Below, piece by piece: positions 9,850 through 21,217 of a stretch of DNA of 64,000 bases (position 1 is the stretch's first letter; every line of letters starts with the position of its first letter). The notes under the pieces are model-generated. The model had not been told where the DNA came from. It did not search any database and worked only from the letters and a program-made list of their open reading frames with translations. Source of the stretch: an uncultured Clostridia bacterium (GTDB taxonomy: Bacteria; Bacillota_I; Bacilli_A; RF39; UBA660); the NCBI GenBank assembly GCA_947165365.1, contig CAMVAF010000003.1:1678-65677 (forward strand), written 5' to 3'. The position numbers were made by a program, and so were the translations under genes.

Positions 9850-10479
9850 TTAATTAGATTCTTTTTCTTTTAATAATTCATCAACATAATCAATTGCTAT
9901 TTGAATTTTATCCTCCAAAAGTTCACATACTGGAGCTACTTTATAATTATGATGTTTCTCCCAAGATAATTTAATATTATTATCAACATCAATAGCTTCC
10001 TCTGGATCTTCAAATCTTGCTTTATTATTACTATTAGAATATCTATTTTCCATGTCAGCAGCTACTGTAATCATATGAATAACTAAATCATATTCTTTTA
10101 ATAAATCTTCATTTTTTAAATTGTTTTCTTCTAACATTTTGTTATAATTTTCTTCCCCTAAATAAGCTCTAACATCAACTGAACCACGATCACACAAGAT
10201 AACTATTTTTGTATCATCATTATAAAATTTAATGAAATCTTTTAATCTTTTCTCTTTAAATAATTGTAAATTAAGTATTTCATTTTCAAAATCATAGACA
10301 CTAACAGCATTTTTTCCAAAAGGTCTAATACCATTTTTAATAGTTTCCGTAGCACATTCATTAACTATTAAAACATGATATCCCATTTCAACTAGATGTT
10401 CTTCAATTCGTGAAATTGTTGTAGTCTTGCCGGCACAGGGACCACCTGTTAAAGCAATCTTGGCAATTAAATTTCCCAT
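9850..10479 (-). CDS. P-loop NTPase (AAA_28/NadR-kinase-like)
   Basis: Walker A GGPCAGKTT at the N-terminus. 209 aa, cytoplasmic. Confidence 0.55.
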   Translation of the reverse strand: MGNLIAKIALTGGPCAGKTTTISRIEEHLVEMGYHVLIVNECATETIKNGIRPFGKNAVSVYDFENEILNLQLFKEKRLKDFIKFYNDDTKIVILCDRGSVDVRAYLGEENYNKMLEENNLKNEDLLKEYDLVIHMITVAADMENRYSNSNNKARFEDPEEAIDVDNNIKLSWEKHHNYKVAPVCELLEDKIQIAIDYVDELLKEKESN

Positions 10480-10577
10480 ATTTACTCCTTAATCCAAATC
10501 AATACTATTATAAACTTATTTAAAATAATGTCAATATTTTTATATAATTTGTTAATAAAAATCCTTATATATCTTCA

Positions 10578-11072
10578 TTATTCATTAAATATAATTATTT
10601 TATGATTCTTTATTGTATTTTTAACATCAATTACTCTTTGATTAGATGATCCTTTATATTTTAAAGTAGAATCATATTTTTCAATTTCAAATCTTCCATC
10701 TACTAAAACATCTAAATAATTAATTATTTCTTTATCTTTAATATATTCTTCAAATAAATATCCACTCCATAACCAGATGGTTTTATCTGGATATTTCTCT
10801 TTAAATGATTTACAAAGTTTTACAGTACCAGAAATGTTAACTGGATGTAAAGGTTCGCCGCCTAATATTGACAAGCCTGAGATAACATCGTTATCACATA
10901 ATTCTAATATATGATTAATTGTTATATCATTAAATTCTTTACCACCATTAAAATCCCAGGTATCACTATTAAAGCATCCATCACAATGAAAATGACACCC
11001 CTGAAAGAAAATAGACACCCTAACTCCTGGTCCATTAGAGATATCCATCTTTCTTATTTTATTATAATGCAT
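10578..11072 (-). CDS. nrdG: anaerobic ribonucleoside-triphosphate reductase activating protein
   Basis: Radical-SAM cluster motif GCHFHCDGCFN. Small size and a position directly downstream of nrdD. Confidence 0.85.
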   Translation of the reverse strand: MHYNKIRKMDISNGPGVRVSIFFQGCHFHCDGCFNSDTWDFNGGKEFNDITINHILELCDNDVISGLSILGGEPLHPVNISGTVKLCKSFKEKYPDKTIWLWSGYLFEEYIKDKEIINYLDVLVDGRFEIEKYDSTLKYKGSSNQRVIDVKNTIKNHKIIIFNE

Positions 11073-11074
11073 AA

Positions 11075-13267
11075 TTATTCATCATCCTTATTATCTAAAT
11101 GAATTACGCGTTCTTTAATTTCTTGGGTTCTTCCCTTATTCCAAAAGTTACTTCCAATATATCCACAAGTACGTCTTGCAACATTTAGTTTAGCATGATC
11201 TTTATTTCCACATTGTGGGCAATACCACTCTAGATTATCATCAATTAATATTTCACCAGTATATCCACATTCCATACAATAATCACTCTTAGTATTAAGT
11301 TCAGCATACATAATATTATTATAAATGAACTTAATAACTTCCATAACAGAATCTAAGTTATTTTCAAGATGAGCAGTTTCAATATAACTTATTGCACCAC
11401 CTGGAGATAATTTTTGAAATTCACTCTCTAACTTTAATTTGGTAAAAGCATCAATTTCTTCAAAAACAGGTACATGATAAGAATTAGTTATATAATCACG
11501 ATCAGTTATTCCTTTAATTACACCAAATCTTTCTCTTAAACACTTAGCAAACTTATATGTTGCTGATTCAATTGGAGTACCATAAACAGAATAATCAATA
11601 TCTTCTTCCCCCTTCCATGTTTTACATTTATCATTCATATACTGTAGTACTTTAAGTCCAAATTCTTTACCTTTACCATTATCTGTATGAGAATTACCTG
11701 TCATATATTTAACACATTCATAAAGTCCTGCATAACCAAGACTAATAGTTGAATAACCATGATGTAATAATTCATGAATACTTTCACCTTTATCAAGTCT
11801 TGCTAAAGCTCCATGTTGCCATAGAATAGGAGCAACATCACTTGTAGCGTGACTTAACCTTTCATGTCGAAGTTTTAAAGCACGATGACACATATCAAGT
11901 CTTTCATCAAATATCTTCCAGAAACTATCCATATCACCACCACTTGATAAAGCAACATCAGGAAGACTAATTGTTACAACACCTTGATTAAATCTACCAT
12001 AATATTTTCCTTTTCCAGGAACATAATTTTTCGCTTTAGCAACATTACCTAAACTAATACTTCTATCTGGTGTTAAGAAGCTCCTACATCCCATACAAGG
12101 ATAACAGTCACCTTCTCCATATTCGTTTTTCTTTAATTCTTTCATTATCTTTTCACTGATATAGTCGGGTACCATTCTTTTAGCCGTACATTTAGCTGCT
12201 AATTTCGTTAAATAATAGTATTTTCCTTTAGGATTGATATTATCTTCTTCTAAGATATACAAAAGTTTGGGAAAAGCTGGAGTTACATAAACACCTTTTT
12301 CATTTTTCATACCAAGAATTCTTTGATTTAAAAATTCTTCAATAATCATAGCAAGTTCCTCTTTGTATTCATCTGTTTCTCCTAAATACATACACACTGA
12401 TAAGAAAGGAGCTTGACCATTAGTATTAGTCATAGAATTTACTTGATATTGAAATGTTTGAACACCATCTACTATTTCTTTCTTAAGATCTTCCATCACA
12501 AACTTATCTATTTGTTCCTTAGAAAGTTTTCTTGATTTATATAACTTTTCATATCTTTTTTTAGAATCTCTTACAAAAGGAGCTAAATGAGTTAATGAAA
12601 TAGTAGCTCCTCCATATTGAGCTGATGTAACTGCCGTAATAATTTGTGTTGCAATCGTCATTGCTGTTAAAAATCTATGAGGTTTTTCAATCATAACTCC
12701 ATTTATTGTCGTACCATTTTGAAGCATATCATCAAGATTAATCAAATCACAGTTATGTAGGGCATTCTGAGCAAAATAATCTGCATCATGAAAATGAATG
12801 ATTCCCGCATCATGAGCACTAACAATATCTTCGGGAAGTAAAAATCTTCTTGTAATATCAGTACTAGTAATACCAGCTAAATAATCCCTTTGGGTAGTAA
12901 CAACTTTAGCATTTTTATTAGAATTTTCTGTATTCCAATATTCGTTTTCTCCATCAATTAATTCTTTAATTGAAAGATCAGTAGTATTACTTTTTCTTAC
13001 AAGTTCCCTATGGTATCGATATGTAATATATTCTTTAGCAAGCTTATATTTACCAATACTCATTAATCTTTCTTCAATAATATCTTGAATATCTTCAACA
13101 AGCATTCTTTTTTTCTTTAATCCTTCAATATATTTAATAATATTCTTTATTTGAACATCACTAATCATTTCATCTTCAACTACATCTCTATTAGCTCTTT
13201 TAATAGCATTAAATATTTTATCAGGACAATAATCTACTATTTGTCCATCTCTTTTTATAATCTTCAT
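11075..13267 (-). CDS. nrdD: anaerobic ribonucleoside-triphosphate reductase
   Basis: MKIIKRDGQIVDY ATP-cone start, C-terminal Zn-ribbon CMECG..CPQCG and glycyl-radical motif RRTCGYIG. ATG at 13267 follows GAAGGTAGGA. The track's extension to 13333 has no RBS. Confidence 0.9.
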   Translation of the reverse strand: MKIIKRDGQIVDYCPDKIFNAIKRANRDVVEDEMISDVQIKNIIKYIEGLKKKRMLVEDIQDIIEERLMSIGKYKLAKEYITYRYHRELVRKSNTTDLSIKELIDGENEYWNTENSNKNAKVVTTQRDYLAGITSTDITRRFLLPEDIVSAHDAGIIHFHDADYFAQNALHNCDLINLDDMLQNGTTINGVMIEKPHRFLTAMTIATQIITAVTSAQYGGATISLTHLAPFVRDSKKRYEKLYKSRKLSKEQIDKFVMEDLKKEIVDGVQTFQYQVNSMTNTNGQAPFLSVCMYLGETDEYKEELAMIIEEFLNQRILGMKNEKGVYVTPAFPKLLYILEEDNINPKGKYYYLTKLAAKCTAKRMVPDYISEKIMKELKKNEYGEGDCYPCMGCRSFLTPDRSISLGNVAKAKNYVPGKGKYYGRFNQGVVTISLPDVALSSGGDMDSFWKIFDERLDMCHRALKLRHERLSHATSDVAPILWQHGALARLDKGESIHELLHHGYSTISLGYAGLYECVKYMTGNSHTDNGKGKEFGLKVLQYMNDKCKTWKGEEDIDYSVYGTPIESATYKFAKCLRERFGVIKGITDRDYITNSYHVPVFEEIDAFTKLKLESEFQKLSPGGAISYIETAHLENNLDSVMEVIKFIYNNIMYAELNTKSDYCMECGYTGEILIDDNLEWYCPQCGNKDHAKLNVARRTCGYIGSNFWNKGRTQEIKERVIHLDNKDDE

Positions 13268-13422
13268 ACTTTTCCTACCTTCTAGTTCATAATAGCATAA
13301 ATAAAAATAAAAATATTGTTGCAAATGCAACAAATTTAACTATTATTTTTAACACCTATATTTTATAAGAAAAAGTTATTTCAACATTTACAAAATTATA
13401 CATATTATTATACAAAATTTGA

Positions 13423-13449
13423 CAAAAAAAGAAGAAATAAATTCTTCTT
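13423..13449 (-). terminator. rho-independent terminator after the M23 peptidase gene
   Basis: Stem AAGAAGAA/TTCTTCTT (13429-36/13442-49), followed by a U-run on the minus strand. It lies 7 nt after the stop at 13456. Confidence 0.6.
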
Positions 13450-13455
13450 AATAAT

Positions 13456-14694
13456 CTAATATGTTGTTGTTCTATTACTGAATCTAACACCTTTCTTAGG
13501 AAAATTAACCATCGATCTAGGATTAACCAAATGACTAGTAAATTTAGAATAAGTGTTACATTTTGATTCATCTAAATATAAACATTTTCCTATTGTTAAA
13601 TGCAAATGTCTTCCTGTTGAACAATTATCCCATGGAGTATATCCACCCCAAGATGCATTTTTATTATTTCCACCAGCTGATGCAATTTTAGTATTTTGAT
13701 CAACATAATCACCAGTTTTAACATAAACTTGATATAAATGCTGATAAACTGAAGTATAATATTTTCCATTTATATTATGATGAATAAAAACCATTGTACC
13801 ACCACAATCTTGTCTTTTTTGAGCATTAGGCCAAGGTATATGCCAATTAATAGCTGCTACAGTACCTGGGGCAACTGCATAAACATCATAACTACCACCA
13901 GTTAAATCAATTCCCGTATGAAGTCTATAAACATGTTTTGTAGGATGGTATCTCAATCCATATTCACTTGATACATATCCTGAATTAAGTGGTCTAACCA
14001 TTTTACCTGCAAAAGGAATCTTACCACAAGTATTAATATCTTCATTATCTTTACAACCTATTTTTTCATAGTGGTCAATACGACTTTTTAAAAGTTTAAT
14101 TTCCGATTCTGCACTGATACTAGCATCCAATGCTTCATCTAAATTATCACCAAGTTTAACAAGTTCATCTGCTAAATTATCTTGTTCTTTATTAAGATTT
14201 GTAATTTGAATCTTTAAATCTTCTGTTTTTTGTTTAAACTTAACAATTGTATTATTATATTCTTCAATTAAGGTATCATTATAATCAACCATTTGTTCTG
14301 AGACAGCACTACGAATTATCAAGTCTTCCACTGATTTAGAACCAAAGATATATTCAAGATAAGCATTTTCACTATTTTGAATTTGAATATATGCAATAAC
14401 ATCTTTTATTTCAACTTCTTTTTCTTTAGTTTTTTTCTCAAGTTCTACAATCTCATCTTCTGTTTTTTTAATATTATCTTGATCCTTTATAATTGTTTCG
14501 GATATTTCTTTTACTCTTGAATTAACATTAGATATTTCTTTTTCGGTTAACTTTTTCTTATTTTTAGCAGCATTTAATTCTTCCTGATACTTAGCAAGTT
14601 CATTTTTAAGGTCTTTTACGGTTTTAGCAGAAACATTAACATTAATCATAAATAAAAATATCAAAACAAATATATATTTAAATATTCTTTTCAT
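13456..14694 (-). CDS. secreted coiled-coil + M23 (LytM-type) peptidoglycan metalloendopeptidase
   Basis: Signal peptide IFVLIFLFMINVNVSA and a long Lys/Glu heptad region. M23 motifs HTGIDL and GRHLHLTI. Confidence 0.8.
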   Translation of the reverse strand: MKRIFKYIFVLIFLFMINVNVSAKTVKDLKNELAKYQEELNAAKNKKKLTEKEISNVNSRVKEISETIIKDQDNIKKTEDEIVELEKKTKEKEVEIKDVIAYIQIQNSENAYLEYIFGSKSVEDLIIRSAVSEQMVDYNDTLIEEYNNTIVKFKQKTEDLKIQITNLNKEQDNLADELVKLGDNLDEALDASISAESEIKLLKSRIDHYEKIGCKDNEDINTCGKIPFAGKMVRPLNSGYVSSEYGLRYHPTKHVYRLHTGIDLTGGSYDVYAVAPGTVAAINWHIPWPNAQKRQDCGGTMVFIHHNINGKYYTSVYQHLYQVYVKTGDYVDQNTKIASAGGNNKNASWGGYTPWDNCSTGRHLHLTIGKCLYLDESKCNTYSKFTSHLVNPRSMVNFPKKGVRFSNRTTTY

Positions 14695-14797
14695 ATCATT
14701 TATCACAACCTTAATAAAAGTATATCATATTTTTTAAATAAATAAACATTTTTCATTAAAATTTCACAAAAAAAGAAGGATTTCTCCTTCTTTATTA

Positions 14798-15982
14798 CTA
14801 TTTATCAATTTTAGAAACTGTACCAGCACCAACAGTTCTTCCACCTTCACGGATAGAGAATTTAGTACCTTGTTCTAGAGCAATTGGGTGAATTAATTCA
14901 ACATGAATGTTAACATTATCACCTGGCATTACCATTTCAGTTCCTTCTGGTAATGTAATAACTCCAGTTACGTCAGTTGTTCTAAAATAGAATTGTGGAC
15001 GATAGTTTGCAAAGAATGGTGTATGACGTCCTCCTTCTTCTTTAGAAAGTACATAAACTTCTGCTTCGAAAGTAGTATGAGGTGTAACAGTACCTGGCTT
15101 AGCAAGAACTTGTCCACGTTCTACTTGTTCTCTTGAGATACCACGAAGTAATACTCCAGCATTATCTCCAGCTTCAGCATAGTCTAATTGTTTTCTAAAC
15201 ATTTCAATTCCTGTAACAACAGTTTTTTGAGTGTCACGAATACCAACGATTTCAACTTCATCATTAAGTTTTAATTGACCTCTTTCAACACGTCCTGTTA
15301 CAACAGTACCACGACCAGTGATTGTGAATACATCTTCGATACTCATTAAGAATGGTTTATCATTGTCTCTTACTGGAGTATCAATCCATGTATCAACTGC
15401 ATCCATTAACTTATCAATAGCTTCAACGTATTTAGCGTCGCCTTCCAAAGCTTTAAGAGCAGAACCACGAATAATTGGAGTGTTATCTCCGTCGTATCCA
15501 TATTCATTTAATAGATCACGGATTTCCATTTCAACTAATTCTAGTAATTCTTCATCATCAACCATATCACATTTGTTCATGAATACTACCATTTTTGGTA
15601 CACCAACTTGACGAGCAAGTAAGATATGTTCACGAGTTTGTGCCATAGGTCCATCAGTAGCAGCAATAACAAGGATTGCGCCATCCATTTGAGCAGCACC
15701 TGTAATCATGTTTTTAACATAATCAGCATGTCCTGGACAGTCTACGTGTGCATAGTGACGAGTAGCTGTTTGATACTCAACGTGAGCGGTATTAATTGTA
15801 ATACCTCTTTCTCTTTCTTCTGGTGCCTTATCAATGTTTGCATAATCAACGAATTGACCACCAAATTTTTCTGCTTGTCTTTTTGTGATAGCAGCAGTTA
15901 ATGTAGTTTTACCATGGTCAACATGTCCTAAAGTACCAATGTTAACATGTGGTTTACTACGATCAAATTTTTCTTTTGCCAT
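14798..15982 (-). CDS. tuf: elongation factor Tu
   Basis: [33 protein letters not shown].. ATG at 15982 follows AAAAGGAGGA. The track's upstream extension is itself the RBS. Confidence 0.98.
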   Translation of the reverse strand: MAKEKFDRSKPHVNIGTLGHVDHGKTTLTAAITKRQAEKFGGQFVDYANIDKAPEERERGITINTAHVEYQTATRHYAHVDCPGHADYVKNMITGAAQMDGAILVIAATDGPMAQTREHILLARQVGVPKMVVFMNKCDMVDDEELLELVEMEIRDLLNEYGYDGDNTPIIRGSALKALEGDAKYVEAIDKLMDAVDTWIDTPVRDNDKPFLMSIEDVFTITGRGTVVTGRVERGQLKLNDEVEIVGIRDTQKTVVTGIEMFRKQLDYAEAGDNAGVLLRGISREQVERGQVLAKPGTVTPHTTFEAEVYVLSKEEGGRHTPFFANYRPQFYFRTTDVTGVITLPEGTEMVMPGDNVNIHVELIHPIALEQGTKFSIREGGRTVGAGTVSKIDK

Positions 15983-16095
15983 AATTATTTCCTCCTTTTT
16001 CAAATTACACTATTTATTTTATCTAACAATTGAAATTTTTTCAACTATTTTTAATAAAATACCTAATTATTAGCAATATTTTTTACACTTTTTTA

Positions 16096-18165
16096 TTAAT
16101 TTCCTGATTTTTTAATTATTTCTTCAGAAATATTCTTTGGAACTTCTTCATAATGATCAAAGATCATTTGGAATGTTCCACGTCCTTGAGTATTACTTCT
16201 TAATGCGGTTGCATAACCAAACATTTCAGAAAGTGGTACCATTGCGCATAATGCAATAGCATTTCCACGAGATTCTTGACTTACAGGTCTTCCACGACGA
16301 GATGGAATATCACCCATAACTGTACCAAAATATTCTTCTGGAACAACAATATCAACTTTCATGATAGGTTCAAGGATAACTGGACGACATTTGTTTTTCA
16401 TTTCTTTAACAGCGAAACTTGCAGCAATCTTAAATGCCATTTCATTTGAGTCAACCTCATGATATGATCCATCATGTAATGTACATTTAACATCTATCAT
16501 AGGGTATCCTGCAAGTACACCACCAGCAAGGGCTTCTTGAAGTCCTTTATCAACAACTGGAATATATTCTCTTGGAACTACTCCACCAACAACTTCATCA
16601 ACAAATTCATATCCTTTATCTGGATTTGGTTCAAACTTAACCCAAACATGTCCATATTGTCCACGTCCACCAGATTGTTTAATGTATTTTCCTTCACAGT
16701 CTCCAACTTGCCTAATTGTTTCACGATAAGCAACTTGAGGTTTACCGATATTAGCTTCAACATTAAATTCTCTTCTCATACGGTCAACCAATACATCCAA
16801 GTGAAGTTCTCCCATACCAGCAATAACAGTTTGACCTGTTTCTTGGTCAGTATGTACTTTGAAGGTTGGATCTTCTTCAGCTAATTTTTGAAGAGCAATA
16901 CCCATTTTCTCTTGATCAGCTTTTGATTTTGGTTCAACAGCAAGTTCAATAACTGGTTCTGGGAATTCCATTTGTTCTAGAATTACTGGTTTCTTTTCAT
17001 CACATAATGTATCACCAGTAGTAGTATTTTTAAGACCAACAGCAGCTGCAATATCACCTGTATAAACATCAGTTATTTCAGTTCTATTATTAGCATGCAT
17101 TAAAAGAATTCTACCAATTCTTTCTTTAGCATCTTTAGTACTATTAAGCACATAACTACCACTTGATAAGTGACCAGAATAAACTCTAAAGAATGTTAAA
17201 CGTCCAACAAATGGGTCAGTCATAACTTTAAATGCAAGGGCACTAAATGGTTCATCATCCTTTGGATGTCTTTGACATGGATTACCATTTAAGTCAACTC
17301 CGTCAATACTTGCTACATCAACTGGACTTGGAAGATAATCGATTACAGCATCAAGTAAAGGTTTTACACCCATATTTCCTAAAGCTGTTCCACACATTAC
17401 TGGGAAGAATTTAGCTTCCAAAGTTCCTTTTCTTATAGCTCTTTTAATCATTTCAACTGTTACTTCCCCACCATCAAGATAGGTCATCATCATTTCATCA
17501 TCATATTCAGCAACAGCATCAATTAATTCTTCTCTTTTTTCTTTAACTAAATCTACTAAATCACTAGGAATTTCGATATCTTTAGCATTTTCTTCTTCTT
17601 TACCATCAAATTCAATAGCTTTCATTGTAACTAAATCAATAACTCCACGGAATTCTGATTCAGCCCCAATTGGCCATTCGATAGGTTTAGCATTAACACC
17701 TAAACGGTCTTTAATACTCTTTAGGCTATATTCAAAACTTGCCCCCATTTTGTCCATTTTATTTGCAAAAATAATTCTTGGAACATGAAATTCTGATGCT
17801 TGTCTCCAAACTGTTTCAGTTTGAGGTTCAACACCTGCTTGAGCATCTAGTAGTGCTACAGCACCATCAAGTACTCTTAAACTACGACTAACTTCAACAG
17901 TAAAATCTACGTGTCCTGGAGTATCAATGATATTAAAACGATACTTTTTCCAGTAAGCAGTTGTAGCAGCACTGGTAATTGTAATACCTCTTTCTTGTTC
18001 TTGTTCCATCCAGTCCATTTGTGATTCACCATCATGAGTTTCCCCAATTTTATGAATCTTCTTTGTATGGAATAAAACTCTTTCAGTAGTAGTTGTTTTA
18101 CCAGCATCAATATGAGCCATGATTCCAAAATTTCTTGTCATCTCTAATGACGTTTCACGAGCCAT
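16096..18165 (-). CDS. fusA: elongation factor G
   Basis: [36 protein letters not shown]; 689 aa; str-operon position. Confidence 0.98.
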   Translation of the reverse strand: MARETSLEMTRNFGIMAHIDAGKTTTTERVLFHTKKIHKIGETHDGESQMDWMEQEQERGITITSAATTAYWKKYRFNIIDTPGHVDFTVEVSRSLRVLDGAVALLDAQAGVEPQTETVWRQASEFHVPRIIFANKMDKMGASFEYSLKSIKDRLGVNAKPIEWPIGAESEFRGVIDLVTMKAIEFDGKEEENAKDIEIPSDLVDLVKEKREELIDAVAEYDDEMMMTYLDGGEVTVEMIKRAIRKGTLEAKFFPVMCGTALGNMGVKPLLDAVIDYLPSPVDVASIDGVDLNGNPCQRHPKDDEPFSALAFKVMTDPFVGRLTFFRVYSGHLSSGSYVLNSTKDAKERIGRILLMHANNRTEITDVYTGDIAAAVGLKNTTTGDTLCDEKKPVILEQMEFPEPVIELAVEPKSKADQEKMGIALQKLAEEDPTFKVHTDQETGQTVIAGMGELHLDVLVDRMRREFNVEANIGKPQVAYRETIRQVGDCEGKYIKQSGGRGQYGHVWVKFEPNPDKGYEFVDEVVGGVVPREYIPVVDKGLQEALAGGVLAGYPMIDVKCTLHDGSYHEVDSNEMAFKIAASFAVKEMKNKCRPVILEPIMKVDIVVPEEYFGTVMGDIPSRRGRPVSQESRGNAIALCAMVPLSEMFGYATALRSNTQGRGTFQMIFDHYEEVPKNISEEIIKKSGN

Positions 18166-18179
18166 AACTTAATTCCTTT

Positions 18180-18647
18180 CTACCAACGATAATGTGCGAA
18201 AGCCTTATTAGCTTCTGCCATTCTATGTGTGTCTTCACGTTTTTTAACAGCATTACCTGTACCATTACTTGCATCAATTATTTCATCAGCAAGATTTTGA
18301 GCCATTGTATGACCATTTCTTAGTCTTGCATAATTAACTAACCAACGAAGTCCTAAAGTTTGACTTCTAGTAGCTGATACTTCAACTGGTACTTGATAAT
18401 TACTTCCACCAACTCTTTTTGATTTAACTTCAAGTTGTGGTTTAATATTTTCAAGTGCTTTTTCAAATACACTTACAGGATCTTCTCCTGTTTTATCTTT
18501 AACGATATCAAATGCTTCATATAAAATCTTTTCAGCAACACCTTTTTTACCATCTAACATAATTCTATTAACTAGTTTTGTAACTACTTTAGACTTATAT
18601 ATTGGATCTGGTAAAACATCACGTATTTCTGCACGTCTTTTACGCAT
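18180..18647 (-). CDS. rpsG: 30S ribosomal protein S7
   Basis: [27 protein letters not shown].. ends ..AFAHYRW. ATG at 18647 follows GAAGGGAGGA. Confidence 0.97.
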   Translation of the reverse strand: MRKRRAEIRDVLPDPIYKSKVVTKLVNRIMLDGKKGVAEKILYEAFDIVKDKTGEDPVSVFEKALENIKPQLEVKSKRVGGSNYQVPVEVSATRSQTLGLRWLVNYARLRNGHTMAQNLADEIIDASNGTGNAVKKREDTHRMAEANKAFAHYRW

Positions 18648-18675
18648 TTCAATTCCTCCCTTCAAATACTAATTA

Positions 18676-19092
18676 TTATTTTTTCTTTTCTTTTTTAGTT
18701 CCGTATTTACTACGACCTTGTTTTCTATCTTTAACTCCTTGTGTATCAAGTGTTCCACGGATTATATGATAACGTACACCGATTAAATCTGGTACACGTC
18801 CACCACGAATCAATACAACACTATGTTCTTGTAAATTATGTCCTTCTCCTGGAATATAACAAGTTACTTCCATACCATTAGATAATTTAACACGAGCATA
18901 TTTACGAAGAGCTGAGTTAGGTTTCTTTGGAGTCATTGTTCCAACACGTACACAAACACCTCTTTTTTGTGGAGAATTAATTTTTGTTTGTTTCTTTTGA
19001 ATATTATTTACTCCAACTAATAATACTGGTGATTTTGGTTTTCTAACCTTATTACCTCTTCTTTTTTTAACTAATTGATTAATTGTAGGCAT
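18676..19092 (-). CDS. rpsL: 30S ribosomal protein S12
   Basis: [43 protein letters not shown].. Confidence 0.97.
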   Translation of the reverse strand: MPTINQLVKKRRGNKVRKPKSPVLLVGVNNIQKKQTKINSPQKRGVCVRVGTMTPKKPNSALRKYARVKLSNGMEVTCYIPGEGHNLQEHSVVLIRGGRVPDLIGVRYHIIRGTLDTQGVKDRKQGRSKYGTKKEKKK

Positions 19093-19185
19093 AAATACTC
19101 CTTTCTAACACATATCCTGGTGTGTCATTTTCTTTATTAAACTTAGGCTTTGCCAAGCAAAACCTAAAATTCATAAACATGAATA

Positions 19186-19214
19186 ATGATACAATATCAT
19201 TTATTTATTGTCAA
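19186..19214 (-). promoter_or_regulatory. sigma-A-type promoter for the str operon
   Basis: On the minus strand: TTGACA (19214..19209), a 17-nt spacer, then TATCAT (19191..19186). About 90 nt upstream of rpsL. Confidence 0.55.
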
Positions 19215-19290
19215 GTTTTTTATTAAATATTTTTTATTTTTTCTTAAATTTTTGTATATTTTAAAGATATCACATCCCTTTTTTATATGC

Positions 19291-19316
19291 AAAAAAAAGC
19301 AAACACATGTTTGCTT
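19291..19316 (-). terminator. rho-independent terminator closing the accessory locus
   Basis: Stem AAGCAAAC/GTTTGCTT followed by an 8-U run on the minus strand. It lies 13 nt after the stop at 19329. Confidence 0.65.
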
Positions 19317-19328
19317 AATTATCAATCT

Positions 19329-20555
19329 CTATGGTGTAACTGGATTAGCACTTGGTTCATTAACTTCAAATCCTAAGTTAAAAATTAATGTTCCACCAGA
19401 TGCATTATTTTCACAATCTATATCTTGTCCTTCAATCCACATATAAATACGAAGTTTTGTAACACCAGGTTTTAAAGTCATTAATTCAGTATGAGTTCCA
19501 CTAGCAGCAGTATCATTATCAGATGCAATTAATTTATTAATAGTAACATTTTCAAATAAAGATGAATAATTTGTAGCAGTTGCATCTCCCCATTTAACAC
19601 CCGTTGTAGCATTAGTAGAATAATCAGCTTGATTAGCAGCAATAGGAGCTTTAACACCAGAATACGCAAGTGCAGGTTGATATGTTACACTAGAATCATT
19701 TGCTGTATTATACTCAGCAGTTGTAGCATATGTTGTAATACCATAAACATTGCTTGCATGATTTACTCCCGTACCAGTATGAATATCATAATTTGGTTCA
19801 ATAAATATTGCAGATGTACCAGCATTTAAAGCTTGCATCGTTGCTGTTGTTGAACTTGAATCAGTATTACCTTCATCAATAATTGCAATACGTGAAGCAT
19901 ATTCAATATCAGTATCAATACCACTATTTACAGTATAACCTTTAACACTAGTATTCTTTGTTAAATATAGAGTTGTATTTTCACTAAAATCAGATTTAAT
20001 AAATACATCAAAAGCTAAATAGTTACCACTTGATCCATTACGATCGTTTTCTTCTGTAGCAGTTAAAATATAATTACCTAAACTATTATTGGTAACATTA
20101 CCAAGATACATCTTTAATCCTTGTAAACTCTTAGTATTTTCACCACCAACTTTATATCCATTAACTGCAGCTACAGTATTAACAGTTGACACTGGATTAA
20201 GAATAGTTCCTGAATTTACTCTTGTAGGTACTTGATTAACAGCATCAGCATATGTAGAACTTGCAGCAAGTAATTCAGAAGATGTAACTAAAGACTTCCA
20301 ATTTATAGCATCAGTTGAAATTTGAATACCTGATCCACTAGCAACAGTAACATCCAAATCAGTAACTGATACAACATAGTTTGCCGTAAACCATGCATAA
20401 ACTGATGTACTTAATAATACTACTGTTAACAAAAGAAATAAAAGTAATACTAAGCTTTTTCTTCCCTTCTTATTACGGTGCATTAAAACATACCAAAAAC
20501 CCTTTTCTTGTTTTTTTCTGTTATCACTTTTCTTTACTAATAACTCTTCTTTCAT
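19329..20555 (-). CDS. exported TasA/camelysin-like protein, class 1 (SipW-cognate-type signal)
   Basis: ATG at 20555 follows AAGGGAGAG. Basic N-terminus, hydrophobic helix, then TSVYAWFTAN. Paralog of 34348..35346, sharing IxISTDAxxWKS, NQVP, EPNYDxHTxTGV and IYMWxEGQDxDxENNAS. Confidence 0.6.
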   Translation of the reverse strand: MKEELLVKKSDNRKKQEKGFWYVLMHRNKKGRKSLVLLLFLLLTVVLLSTSVYAWFTANYVVSVTDLDVTVASGSGIQISTDAINWKSLVTSSELLAASSTYADAVNQVPTRVNSGTILNPVSTVNTVAAVNGYKVGGENTKSLQGLKMYLGNVTNNSLGNYILTATEENDRNGSSGNYLAFDVFIKSDFSENTTLYLTKNTSVKGYTVNSGIDTDIEYASRIAIIDEGNTDSSSTTATMQALNAGTSAIFIEPNYDIHTGTGVNHASNVYGITTYATTAEYNTANDSSVTYQPALAYSGVKAPIAANQADYSTNATTGVKWGDATATNYSSLFENVTINKLIASDNDTAASGTHTELMTLKPGVTKLRIYMWIEGQDIDCENNASGGTLIFNLGFEVNEPSANPVTP

Positions 20556-20632
20556 ACATCTCTCCCTTATAATATATAATGTTATCATATTTTTTTGTCG
20601 AATTCAATACTTTTTTTAAAATTCCTTAATAT

Positions 20633-21217
20633 TTAATCAGTTGATAAAACTTGATGAGATTTTATATTTATCTCTATCATTTCAAATAAATCTTGATAGT
20701 TAGAATCATTATAACCAACTGGAAAAGTTAATAATAAAACATAACTATTTGTTTGATTTTCACTATAATTAAAATACTCTGAATTTGTTTCTATTATTCT
20801 AAAAAAAGTCCCATCACTATCCGTTATAACTTGATTACTTGTAACAATACTTGTATTATTATTTACCGTAGTTCCTTTAAATAAATCATAAGTAATAGGA
20901 ATATTAGTTGTTGTCCTAATTGATAAATCATATTTAAGATTAGTCTCCGTTCTTCTTTCTTCATTAAAGTTGCTAATAGTAAAATAATATAAATATTGAT
21001 TATTACTAGGTATAATCTCTGGTAGACTTACTGTTTCAGAAATAACCGTATCTTCAAGTAAATATATCGCATGAGGAATAATTATATCCCCTTCTTTTTC
21101 AGTTTCAAAACGAGAAAAAGTAAATGGTATCAAGCATAATAATAGTATTAAAACAATAAGTAATATTGTTATTTTATTAAATTCAATAATCTTTTTTCTA
21201 TTAAATATTGACATCAT
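20633..21217 (-). CDS. exported protein, SipW-cognate-like signal (class 2)
   Basis: The TM/signal ILLIVLILLLCLIPFTFSRFETEKEG resembles the xFxxFE(T/S) cleavage context of 21976..22554. The start overlaps the sipW stop. Confidence 0.5.
   Translation of the reverse strand: MMSIFNRKKIIEFNKITILLIVLILLLCLIPFTFSRFETEKEGDIIIPHAIYLLEDTVISETVSLPEIIPSNNQYLYYFTISNFNEERRTETNLKYDLSIRTTTNIPITYDLFKGTTVNNNTSIVTSNQVITDSDGTFFRIIETNSEYFNYSENQTNSYVLLLTFPVGYNDSNYQDLFEMIEINIKSHQVLSTD

Noticed and set aside
13268-13333. N-terminal extension of nrdD given by the ORF track (MLHLQQYFYFYLCYYELEGRKS)
   Set aside because: There is no RBS, and it contains the upstream palindrome. The canonical MKIIKRDG ATP-cone start at 13267 has a good RBS.
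13356-13571. 71-aa minus-strand ORF overlapping the 3' end of the M23 gene
   Set aside because: It is an alternative frame of a supported CDS that runs through the terminator, and it has no RBS.
15318-16073. Three plus-strand ORFs antisense to tuf
   Set aside because: They are shadow ORFs opposite a universally conserved gene. The same applies to 16537..16884, 16578..16763 and 17907..18128 within fusA.
19186-19446. 86-aa plus-strand ORF
   Set aside because: It spans the rpsL promoter and the locus terminator, then runs antisense into 19329..20555. It has no RBS.
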